A stretch of 35,252 nucleotides of DNA from NCBI GenBank assembly GCA_040510575.1, contig JBEVIU010000059.1, positions 1-35,252 on the forward strand, read 5' to 3'. Origin of the DNA: Acidimicrobiia bacterium. Its GTDB lineage: Bacteria; Actinomycetota; Acidimicrobiia; IMCC26256; DASPTH01. Positions 26,627-33,943 of the stretch are shown here, piece after piece (the stretch's first letter is position 1; every line of letters begins with the position of its first letter). The notes under the pieces were generated by a model. The model made no database searches. It was given only the letters and a program-made list of their open reading frames with translations, and was not told the DNA's origin. The translations under genes and the position numbers were made by a program.

Positions 26627-27790
26627 ATGCAGTTCGAGCTGACTGAGCTCACGGCCGACGAGCTCGCACTGCGCGCCGAGGTGCGCGAGTTCCTCGCTGC
26701 CGAGCTCCCCCGCGGTTCCTTCACCCCCGGGCTCGGCATGAACGCGGCCAAGGACCCGGCGTTCTCGCAGAAACTCGGCGCCAGGGGCTGGTTGGGCATG
26801 GCCCTGCCGACGAAGTACGGCGGGCACGATCGCAGTGCCGTCGACCGGCTGATCGTCACCGAGGAGCTCTTGCGCTGGGGCGCGCCGGTCGGCCACCACT
26901 GGGTCGCGGACCGCCAGTCCGGTCCGGTGATCGCGCGCTTCGGCACCGAGGCGCAGAAGCAGCGCTTTCTCCCGCCCATCTGCCGCGGCGAGCTGTCCTT
27001 CTCGATCGGCATGAGCGAGCCCGACAGCGGCAGCGACCTCGCGTCGCTGTCGACGAAGGCCACGCGCGACGGCGACGGGTGGGTCGTCAGCGGTCGCAAG
27101 ATCTGGACGTCGTGGGCCGACCGCAACGACTGGATGATCCTGCTCTGTCGCACCGCGTCGATCGAGGAGACAGGCGACAAGCGCCTCGGGATGTCGCAGC
27201 TCATCGTCGACCTGCGTGCACCGGGCGTGGAGGTCACACCGATCACCTTCATCGACGGCACCGCGGATTTCTGCGAGGTGGTGCTCGACGATGTGTTCGT
27301 GCCCGAGGAGCTGCTCCTCGGCGAGCTCGGCGCGGGTTGGAGCCAGAACACGTCAGAGCTTGCCTTCGAGCGCGGTGGCCCCGACCGTTGGCTCAGCACC
27401 TATCTCGTGGTCGAGGAACTGCTGCGCGAGCACGAGGACGACCGTCCGCTGCCGGACGAGTTGGCCGACCTGCTCGGCACGGCCGCCGCCAACTACTGGG
27501 TGCTGTGCAACCTCACGTTGTCGGTGGCGCGGTCGATCGACGCGGGTGGCTCCCCGTCGATCGAGGCGTCGTTGGTGAAGGAGATGGGCACGCGCTTCGA
27601 GCAGGACGTGCTCAACGCGGTACTCGCATTCGTCGAGTTCGAACCGAGCCTGCCCGCGCGTTCGCTGCTCGAGCAGGTGCTGGTCACGGCGACGCTCACC
27701 GCGCCCTCGTTCACGATCCGCGGCGGTACCAACGAGGTCCTGCGGTCGGTGGCGGCAAAGGGGCTGCAACCGACCGGAGGCCGGCGATGA
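26627..27790 (+). CDS. Acyl-CoA dehydrogenase (alpha-type subunit)
   Basis: 387-aa ACAD with typical segments (GWLGMALPTKYGG, FSIGMSEPDSGSDLASL, GRKIWTSWA, FTIRGGTNEVL). Confidence 0.9.
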   Translation: MQFELTELTADELALRAEVREFLAAELPRGSFTPGLGMNAAKDPAFSQKLGARGWLGMALPTKYGGHDRSAVDRLIVTEELLRWGAPVGHHWVADRQSGPVIARFGTEAQKQRFLPPICRGELSFSIGMSEPDSGSDLASLSTKATRDGDGWVVSGRKIWTSWADRNDWMILLCRTASIEETGDKRLGMSQLIVDLRAPGVEVTPITFIDGTADFCEVVLDDVFVPEELLLGELGAGWSQNTSELAFERGGPDRWLSTYLVVEELLREHEDDRPLPDELADLLGTAAANYWVLCNLTLSVARSIDAGGSPSIEASLVKEMGTRFEQDVLNAVLAFVEFEPSLPARSLLEQVLVTATLTAPSFTIRGGTNEVLRSVAAKGLQPTGGRR

Positions 27791-28890
27791 GCACTGCCGT
27801 CCCGAGCACCGGCGTCCCGAGCACCGGCGTCCCGAGCGCCGGCGTCCCGAGCGCCGGCGTCGACCCGCTCCTCGTCGAGACGGTCGAGCGCCTCCTCGAG
27901 GAGGAAAGCACCTTCGACGCGGTCGAGCAGGCCGAGACCGACGGCTGGTGCGCGCCGGTGTGGGACGCGCTCGAGGCGTCGGGATTCCCATGGATCTCGC
28001 TCGCCGAGGATGTCGGCGGATCGGGCGGATCGCTCGCCGACGCGATGGCGGTGCTGCGCAGCGTCGGACGCCACGCCGCGCCGGTGCCGCTCGCGGAGAC
28101 CGGCGTGCTCGGCGGGTGGCTCGCCGCCGGGGCCGGCTTCGAGCTGCCGAGCGGACCCACCACGGTGGTCCCCGATTCGCGCGCGCTCACACTCGACGGC
28201 GGACGCCTGCGCGGTGAGGCCACCGTGGCCTGGGCGCGCCCGGCAGCCCGCGTGCTCGCCGTGGTCGACGCCCCCGACGGGCCGCTGATCGTGTCGGCAC
28301 CTCCCGACCAGCTCGACATCGAGCCACGCACCAACCTGGCCGGCGAGCCGCGCGACGTGGTGCGGTTCGACCATGCGCTCGCCGACCTCGAGCACGCCCC
28401 GGCAGCGTCAGGCGTCGACGGCGACGCGCTGTTGCAGCGCGGATGCCTGACCCGAATCGTGCTGTCGGCCGGTGCGCTCGAGACGCTCACGCAGTTGACC
28501 GTCGATTACACGAACGAGCGGCGCCAGTTCGGCAAGCCCGTCGCGGCGTTCCAGGCCGTGCAGCTCCACCTCGTCACGATCGCGCAGGCGTCAGTGCGCG
28601 CGTCGATGGCGGCCGACCTCGCGACACGGGCGCTCGCCGCCGGCGACGCGCGCTTCGAGATCGCGGCCGCGCGGGTGGTCGTCGACGCTGCCGCGGTCGA
28701 GGCGACACGCGCATCGCATCAGGCCCACGGCGCGATGGGCGTGACCCGCGAGTACCGGTTGCACCACTTCTCGCGTCGCTTGTGGGCGTGGCGGCACGAG
28801 TACGGCGCGGCGAAGCACTGGCGGCGCGCGCTCGGCACCGACATCGCGGCCGCCGGCGCCGACGAGCTGTTTCCGACGATCAGCCGATAG
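27787..28890 (+). CDS. Acyl-CoA dehydrogenase family protein (beta-type partner subunit)
   Basis: ATGA overlap with the upstream ACAD. It has an ACAD-like C-terminal domain (YTNERRQFGKPVAAFQAVQ, HGAMGVTREY) but a divergent middle domain. Confidence 0.8.
   Translation: MSTAVPSTGVPSTGVPSAGVPSAGVDPLLVETVERLLEEESTFDAVEQAETDGWCAPVWDALEASGFPWISLAEDVGGSGGSLADAMAVLRSVGRHAAPVPLAETGVLGGWLAAGAGFELPSGPTTVVPDSRALTLDGGRLRGEATVAWARPAARVLAVVDAPDGPLIVSAPPDQLDIEPRTNLAGEPRDVVRFDHALADLEHAPAASGVDGDALLQRGCLTRIVLSAGALETLTQLTVDYTNERRQFGKPVAAFQAVQLHLVTIAQASVRASMAADLATRALAAGDARFEIAAARVVVDAAAVEATRASHQAHGAMGVTREYRLHHFSRRLWAWRHEYGAAKHWRRALGTDIAAAGADELFPTISR
27799..27858 (+). repeat. Four tandem 15-bp repeats inside the CDS, encoding (VPS[T/A]G)x4
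   Basis: GTCCCGAGCACCGGC x2 then GTCCCGAGCGCCGGC x2, followed by a partial fifth unit (GTC). Confidence 0.9.
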
Positions 28891-29093
28891 TCGGCGCCCG
28901 CTCGTTCGGCGGTCGAACCAACGACAGGATCGACGTCATGGGCCTGCTGGACGGCAGGGTGATGACTATCCGGTCGAGGTCGAGCGGCAAGGTGTTGCGA
29001 CGCCGAGCTCGTCGTCACCGCCATCGACGCGGCCCCGCTCGGCGCACCGCGCGATGATGACCGCCAGGCCACTCCGTCAGCAGGGGAGCACGC

Positions 29094-29576
29094 ATGATCA
29101 TCGAACGGTTCCCGGTCGAGGCGTCGCACATCTTGATGTTCGCCCGCGCCATCGGCGATCCCAACCCCGCGTACGTCGACCCCGACAGCCCCGAGGCGCA
29201 GGCCCTCGGCGGCGTGGTCGCTCCCCCGACCTTCTCCATGGCCGGCTCGCAGTTCGACCCCGACAACGTGTTGCGGCCCAAGCCGGGTGAGCCGTGGTTC
29301 GGATCCGGACGCGAGCCCAGCGGCGCAGTGAGCGAAGGCAGCGGACTGCTCCACGCCGAGCAGGTCTTCGAGTACCACCAGCCGCTGCGCGCCGGGATGG
29401 AGCTCGTCGCCACGGAGCGCGAAGGCAAGAGCTGGGAGAAGGAGAGCAAGCGCGGTGGCCTGCTCAAGTTCTCCGAGACGATCACCGACTACCGCGATGC
29501 CGCCACCGGCGAGCTCGTGGTCAGCGCCACGCTGGTCGGCGTCATCCCTGAGCGCCCCGTCGACCAGGACGCGTGA
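29094..29576 (+). CDS. MaoC-like hot-dog hydratase subunit (N-terminal-type, ChsH1-like)
   Basis: FARAIGDPNPAYVD...APPTF is typical of the MaoC_dehydrat_N family. The SD GGGGAG lies 5 nt upstream. Confidence 0.8.
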   Translation: MIIERFPVEASHILMFARAIGDPNPAYVDPDSPEAQALGGVVAPPTFSMAGSQFDPDNVLRPKPGEPWFGSGREPSGAVSEGSGLLHAEQVFEYHQPLRAGMELVATEREGKSWEKESKRGGLLKFSETITDYRDAATGELVVSATLVGVIPERPVDQDA

Positions 29577-29577
29577 C

Positions 29578-30000
29578 GTGACGGCTTCGGCGAAGGATCT
29601 CGAGGTCGGCGATGCACGCACGCTCGTGGTGATCGACAACCTCACGCGCACGCAGATCGTGATGTACGCGGGAGCTTCGGGCGACTACAACCCGCTCCAC
29701 TCCGACGAGGTGTACGCCACACAATCGGCGGGCTATCCCTCGACATTCGCCCACGGCATGCTCAGCATGGGCGCGACCGGTCGGGTGCTCACCGACTGGT
29801 TCGGACCCGATCGGTTGCTGCGCTACGCGGTGCGGTTCGTCAACCAGGTGTGGCCGGGCGACACGCTCACCGCCACCGCGACCGTCGAGGCGATCCGCGA
29901 GGACGGCGACGGCCCGGTGGTCGACATCGCGGTCTCGACCGTCAACCAGGACGGCAAGCCGGTCGTCACCGGCACTGCGATCGCCCGACTGGATCCCTGA
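29578..30000 (+). CDS. MaoC-family (R)-specific enoyl-CoA hydratase subunit (ChsH2-like core)
   Basis: YAGASGDYNPLHSDEVYA...FAHGML hydratase motif. The GTG start lies 1 nt after the preceding stop. Confidence 0.85.
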   Translation: MTASAKDLEVGDARTLVVIDNLTRTQIVMYAGASGDYNPLHSDEVYATQSAGYPSTFAHGMLSMGATGRVLTDWFGPDRLLRYAVRFVNQVWPGDTLTATATVEAIREDGDGPVVDIAVSTVNQDGKPVVTGTAIARLDP

Positions 30001-30023
30001 CCCGTCCAAGCGACCGGGCCCGA

Positions 30024-30425
30024 TCAGTCGCCGTGAACTTCCTCCGTCGCGGTTGTCACGTCGATCTCGAACCACACTGTCTTTCCGCCCTCCGCGCGTC
30101 GCTCGGTCCCCCACTCGTTCGCCAGGGCGTCGATGAGGAGCACACCGCGGCCGCGTTCAGCCAAGGGTCCGGGACTGCGCTTCACCGGAGGTTCGTCGCT
30201 CGGGTCCTCGACCTCGACCCTGATCGAGGTGGGCGTTCGCCACGCTCGGAGCGTCATCGGCGCTCCGACATGGCGAACGACATTGCTGACGAGCTCCGTC
30301 GTGAGCATTTCGGTCACGTCCCCGAAGCCGTCGAGATCCCAGGTCTTCAGCGCCTCGCGGAGGAACGCGCGCGCCGTGGCCGACGAATTGGGAAGCGGTG
30401 GCAGGTGCGTCTCGACGCTCTCCAC
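30024..30425 (-). CDS. Anti-sigma-factor serine kinase (RsbW/SpoIIAB-like, HATPase_c_2)
   Basis: ARAFLREALKTWDL...ELVSNVVRHV...ERGRGVLLIDALANEWG. GTG 30425 has GGAGGA 7 nt upstream. The 240-aa track ORF is over-extended. Confidence 0.8.
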   Translation of the reverse strand: MESVETHLPPLPNSSATARAFLREALKTWDLDGFGDVTEMLTTELVSNVVRHVGAPMTLRAWRTPTSIRVEVEDPSDEPPVKRSPGPLAERGRGVLLIDALANEWGTERRAEGGKTVWFEIDVTTATEEVHGD

Positions 30426-30455
30426 CAGAAAATCCTCCAATCGCGTCCTGAAGTC

Positions 30456-30481
30456 CTCCCCATCGCCCCCGCGTTGGAAAC
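30456..30481 (-). promoter_or_regulatory. Weak sigmaB/sigmaF-like promoter motif upstream of the RsbW-like gene
   Basis: The minus strand reads GTTT-(16 nt)-GGGGAG, about 30 nt upstream of GTG 30425. Confidence 0.25.
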
Positions 30482-30488
30482 ACGAAGT

Positions 30489-30514
30489 AGGTTTCGGCCG
30501 GGCAACGAGGGACC
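30489..30514 (+). promoter_or_regulatory. SigmaB/sigmaF-like promoter motif upstream of the STAS gene
   Basis: AGGTTT-(14 nt)-GGGACC, ending 10 nt before ATG 30525. No SD is visible, which is consistent with a near-leaderless mRNA. Confidence 0.4.
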
Positions 30515-30524
30515 GGGATTGCAG

Positions 30525-30872
30525 ATGACGGAGTTGTCGCTCGACGTGAGCTCTGACCGTGAGGGCCATGTCGTCATTGCCGTTGCGGGCGAGGTGGAGA
30601 TGACGACGGCGCCGCAACTCGCCGACTGCATCCTCGAGCACGCGACGATGGACGTCCTGGTCGACCTCTCGGGCGTCACGTTCCTGGACTCCACCGGCAT
30701 CACGGCACTCGTGCGCGGCTACAACGAGCTCCGCAAGAACGGACACACCTTCCGCACGACGGGCGAACGCGACGTGATCCTGCGGGTGCTGGAGATCTCA
30801 GGCCTCGACGGCATGTTCCACGGCGACCCTTCCGCCGACAACCCTCCTTCCGACGACCCTCCCTCCAGCTAG
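30525..30872 (+). CDS. STAS-domain anti-sigma-factor antagonist (RsbV/SpoIIAA-like)
   Basis: VDLSGVTFLDSTGITALV contains the phosphorylatable Ser in the DST motif. There is a Pro/Ser/Asp-rich tail (DPSADNPPSDDPPSS). Confidence 0.85.
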   Translation: MTELSLDVSSDREGHVVIAVAGEVEMTTAPQLADCILEHATMDVLVDLSGVTFLDSTGITALVRGYNELRKNGHTFRTTGERDVILRVLEISGLDGMFHGDPSADNPPSDDPPSS

Positions 30873-30873
30873 G

Positions 30874-31533
30874 TCAGTACTCGTCCGAGCCTTGTACCCA
30901 GAGGAAGGACTGGATGTCGATCTGGTCCCGCGGCGCCAGGTCGGTGAGGTCGTGCCTCACGACTCGGCAGAGCTCGAGAAAGCTCGAGTAGGTCTCCCAG
31001 TTCGGCTGTGATGAGTACGTGAGGTCGAAGCCATACCTTCGAGCGGCGCGTTGCATGGCTACCGGCTTGAGAAAGGCGTGCACCCGTGGACGGGCGATGA
31101 ACCCGAAGACGGTGAGGATCGGCCACGTGAGCACGCGGGTCTGCCTCCGAGGGAGCGCGGCAACCGCGTCGATCCAGCGCTCGAATCGTTGCCGCTCGGT
31201 GCCGGCGCCCCAGAGCCAGTCGTAGCACCCGTCCGCGAACCGTCGAGCTCCGTCGTCTGAGCGAACGACTGCATCCTTCAGCGCCATCTTCTCGTACGAG
31301 AACAGCAACGGCTGTCCGGCTTCGATACGAACTGCCGCGCTGCTCACCTCTTGGTGCTGTTCGGCTTCGAGCTTGGTCCTGAACTCGTCCTTGGCACCGA
31401 TCTCGGTGCGCCATCTTCGGTGCGCACGCCACTTGTAGTCACGCTCCCACGCCAGGTAGGTCTCGTCCGAGAAGCCGTCGGGAAACTGTCGAAGGAAGCG
31501 CCGGCGACAGTCGCGGGCACCCTTCGAGGGCAT
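30874..31533 (-). CDS. Hypothetical protein (219 aa), no family recognised
   Basis: An ATG-initiated ORF whose start overlaps the phosphatase stop (TGATG). It looks soluble, is W/R/E-rich and ends ...IDIQSFLWVQGSDEY. By hand count GC3 is about 80%, which supports coding. Confidence 0.7.
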   Translation of the reverse strand: MPSKGARDCRRRFLRQFPDGFSDETYLAWERDYKWRAHRRWRTEIGAKDEFRTKLEAEQHQEVSSAAVRIEAGQPLLFSYEKMALKDAVVRSDDGARRFADGCYDWLWGAGTERQRFERWIDAVAALPRRQTRVLTWPILTVFGFIARPRVHAFLKPVAMQRAARRYGFDLTYSSQPNWETYSSFLELCRVVRHDLTDLAPRDQIDIQSFLWVQGSDEY

Positions 31534-32789
31534 CAGGTCGAGTCTCGCCGCTGCAGGACGATGAGCGCGATGTCATCCTGCGGGACGGTGTCGGCGACGA
31601 GCTTCCGCATGATCTGCGCGGCCACGGCCTCGGGGGGACCTGCGACGGTTGCATCCTGGAGCCGCTGAAACCCGACGTCGAGGGATTCCCCGCGCCGCTC
31701 GATCAGGCCGTCCGTGTAGAACGCGACGGTCGTGCCGGGCGCAAGGGCAATTGTCGTCGAGCGCCGAGCCGGCCGCGGCGACCGCACGCCCAACGGAGGG
31801 CTCGTCTCGATCTCCGCGAACGTCGCCGCACGCTCCGGAGTCGCGACGACCGGCGGGGGGTGTCCGGCCACGGCGATGGTGAGCGCGTCGTAGGGGGGCG
31901 CGCTGACCGCGCACGCGACCGTCGCGAGTGCGCCGATCTCGAACTGCTCGACCTTGCGATCGACGAGGTCGAGCACGTGCGCCGGCGAGGTGTCCAGCAG
32001 CGAGTAGGCCCGGAGGGCGCTCCGTATGCGTCCCATCACGACTGCCGCGTGCACGCCGTGGCCGGCGACATCGCCGACGACGATCCACACCTGACCCGAC
32101 GGCAGCATGAACAGGTCGTACCAATCGCCGCCGACGGCCCGGTCTTCTGCTGGGACGTACCGCGCGGCAAAGCCGAGCCCCGGGACCTCGGGGAGCCTCG
32201 AGGGCAACAGGCTCCGTTCGAGCAGCACGGCCGCGGCCCGCTCGATTGCGAACGCGCGCGTCTGCATCGCTCCCGCCATCCGGTCGGCGACGATCTGCAG
32301 CAGCATGCCGTCCTGTTCACTGAACGGCCGAGTGTCGAGTCGGCCCACGTGGAGGACGCCGGCCACTGCGTTCCCGCTGAACAGCGGCACGCCGAGCATC
32401 ACCTGGATACCCGTCTCCCACAGCAGCGGGTTCGAGACCGTGGTCTCGTCGACGCGTTCCAACCAGACCGGGTGCTTCGTTGCCGCGATCCGCCCTGCGA
32501 ACCCGGTTCCGAGCGGCACCCTCACGCCTTGGCGAACCTCGCTCTCGATGCCACACGCCGCTCGCGCAACGAGATCGTTGGAGGTTTCGTCGAGCAGGAG
32601 GACTGCCGCGGTGTCGACATCGAAGATGTCGCGCACGCGGTCGAGGAGCTCCACCAGCAGGTCGTCGACGTCGAGACGCGTCAGCCGACTGTCAGTGAGC
32701 GCCTCGAGGTTCTCCAGACGAGCGGTGACGTCATCGCCCAGGTCGAGGAACTCGGCTGCCTTCACCGTCACAGATTGCCCGAGCGTCAT
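31533..32789 (-). CDS. GAF-domain PP2C (SpoIIE/RsbU-type) serine phosphatase
   Basis: An N-terminal GAF-like region is followed by PP2C motifs GGDWYD, VVGDVAGHGVHAA and FYTDGLIE. Confidence 0.9.
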   Translation of the reverse strand: MTLGQSVTVKAAEFLDLGDDVTARLENLEALTDSRLTRLDVDDLLVELLDRVRDIFDVDTAAVLLLDETSNDLVARAACGIESEVRQGVRVPLGTGFAGRIAATKHPVWLERVDETTVSNPLLWETGIQVMLGVPLFSGNAVAGVLHVGRLDTRPFSEQDGMLLQIVADRMAGAMQTRAFAIERAAAVLLERSLLPSRLPEVPGLGFAARYVPAEDRAVGGDWYDLFMLPSGQVWIVVGDVAGHGVHAAVVMGRIRSALRAYSLLDTSPAHVLDLVDRKVEQFEIGALATVACAVSAPPYDALTIAVAGHPPPVVATPERAATFAEIETSPPLGVRSPRPARRSTTIALAPGTTVAFYTDGLIERRGESLDVGFQRLQDATVAGPPEAVAAQIMRKLVADTVPQDDIALIVLQRRDST

Positions 32790-32793
32790 CGCT

Positions 32794-33078
32794 TCATCGA
32801 TGCAACGGGTGTCGGCGCGATCGCGTGACGGCCCTGTAGATCAGCAGCGCGATCACCGCGCCGATGATCGAGCCGATGAGGCCGGATGCCTGCAGCGCGC
32901 CCTCGTCGAGATCCTTTCCGAAGAGGACGTACCCGAGAAAGCCGCCGATGAACGACCCGACGACACCGAGCAGGACGGTGGCCCAGAAGCCCATGGGATC
33001 CCTCCCAGGCACCAGGAGTCTTGCCAGGAAGCCGGCCACGATGCCGACGATGAGCATGTAGAGCAGAAAGCCGATCAT
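32794..33078 (-). CDS. GlsB/YeaQ/YmgE-family (transglycosylase-associated) stress membrane protein
   Basis: 94 aa: MIGFLLYMLIVGIVAGFLARLLVPGRDPMGFWATVLLGVVGSFIGGFLG. The SD GGAGGA lies 5 nt upstream. The stop is 4 nt before the phosphatase ATG. Confidence 0.85.
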   Translation of the reverse strand: MIGFLLYMLIVGIVAGFLARLLVPGRDPMGFWATVLLGVVGSFIGGFLGYVLFGKDLDEGALQASGLIGSIIGAVIALLIYRAVTRSRRHPLHR

Positions 33079-33110
33079 GTCCGTCCTCCGCACTCGAAGT
33101 GAGAAAGAAC

Positions 33111-33137
33111 GTTCCCTCCGCGACCGCTCCCGTAAAC
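33111..33137 (-). promoter_or_regulatory. SigmaB/sigmaF-like promoter motif upstream of glsB-PP2C-hyp operon
   Basis: The minus strand reads GTTTAC-(15 nt)-GGGAAC. The -10 ends about 32 nt upstream of ATG 33078. Confidence 0.45.
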
Positions 33138-33411
33138 GCGACGGACCGTCACTCCGGAGCGGCGGTGGGAGAGTCCCCCGCGCCAGCGGTAGGTTCGGAA
33201 TATGCCCGCTCACGACCCGCTCCGCGAGACGCGACGGTTCGAAGCCATGCGTGACGCGCTTCGCGAGGCGGCCACCCCTGCGACCGCACCCTCGTCGACG
33301 CAGCGCCCGTCGACTCAGCGCCGACCTCGGCAGCGCCGCATGGGGATCGCTCGGTTGTTCCGGCGCTGAGCTTGTCGCGCCGCGCTGACGGCGCCGCCAG
33401 TACAGCGGGCG

Positions 33412-33452
33412 TCGTCGCGATCGCTAGCTCAGCTAGCGGAGGATCTCGACGA
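33412..33452 (-). terminator. Imperfect long stem-loop overlapping the stop codon of the membrane-protein gene
   Basis: The core is GCTAGC-TCA-GCTAGC (33423..33437). It is flanked by TCGTCGcGATC and GATCtCGACGA arms, with one mismatch and a small bulge. There is no U-tract. Confidence 0.35.
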
Positions 33453-33909
33453 GCAGCACCCAACCGTCCATGACGCCCACCGCGATGGACATCACCGCGC
33501 CGAACGCGAGGAAGCCGTACCCGTCGCCTCCCGCGATCAGGACGACTGCCCCGATGACCGCAGGCACGGCCGCCAGCTGCGTCGACGTCAACCGGTACAT
33601 CCGCTCCACCTTCGGCCGCTGCGCTTCAGTGTCGCTGTTGATCAGCAGGCGAACGAGCGCGACCCACGCAATGCCCGCCGCGACGAGGATCAGAATCCCC
33701 ACCGTGGTGCGGGAGTACGGCGTGAGCACCGCGAGCCCGACGATCACCGGTTGCACGAGGAGGATGACGGCTTCGCCCGCCCGGCCCACGAGGTCCGGTT
33801 GTCCGATGATCTGACTCAAATTGATCGACAACGCCACGAACACGAGACCGGTCAGCGCAGCCGACGCGCCGACCTGCGCAAGGAAGAACGTGACCCACTC
33901 ACCGCGCAC
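33433..33909 (-). CDS. Hypothetical integral membrane protein (about 158 aa, 4-5 TM helices)
   Basis: The hydrophobic helical sequence (WVTFFLAQVGASAALTGLVFVALSINL...) corresponds to the 3' third of a 354-aa track ORF. The start is set at GTG 33909, just downstream of the DHFR-like stop. Confidence 0.6.
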   Translation of the reverse strand: MRGEWVTFFLAQVGASAALTGLVFVALSINLSQIIGQPDLVGRAGEAVILLVQPVIVGLAVLTPYSRTTVGILILVAAGIAWVALVRLLINSDTEAQRPKVERMYRLTSTQLAAVPAVIGAVVLIAGGDGYGFLAFGAVMSIAVGVMDGWVLLVEILR

Positions 33910-33943
33910 CGCTCGATTCTGCCTCTCCTGAATACTCCGCGCG

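Noticed and set aside
28938-29057. Short ORF starting MGLLDGRV in the ACAD-MaoC gap, reminiscent of an SDR N-terminus; also a start-less frame ending in an ATGA overlap with the MaoC_N gene
   Set aside because: Only 8 residues resemble SDR proteins, and the expected TGxxxGIG motif does not follow. The rest is Arg-rich. The overlapping frame has no start codon. It is not supportable as a gene.
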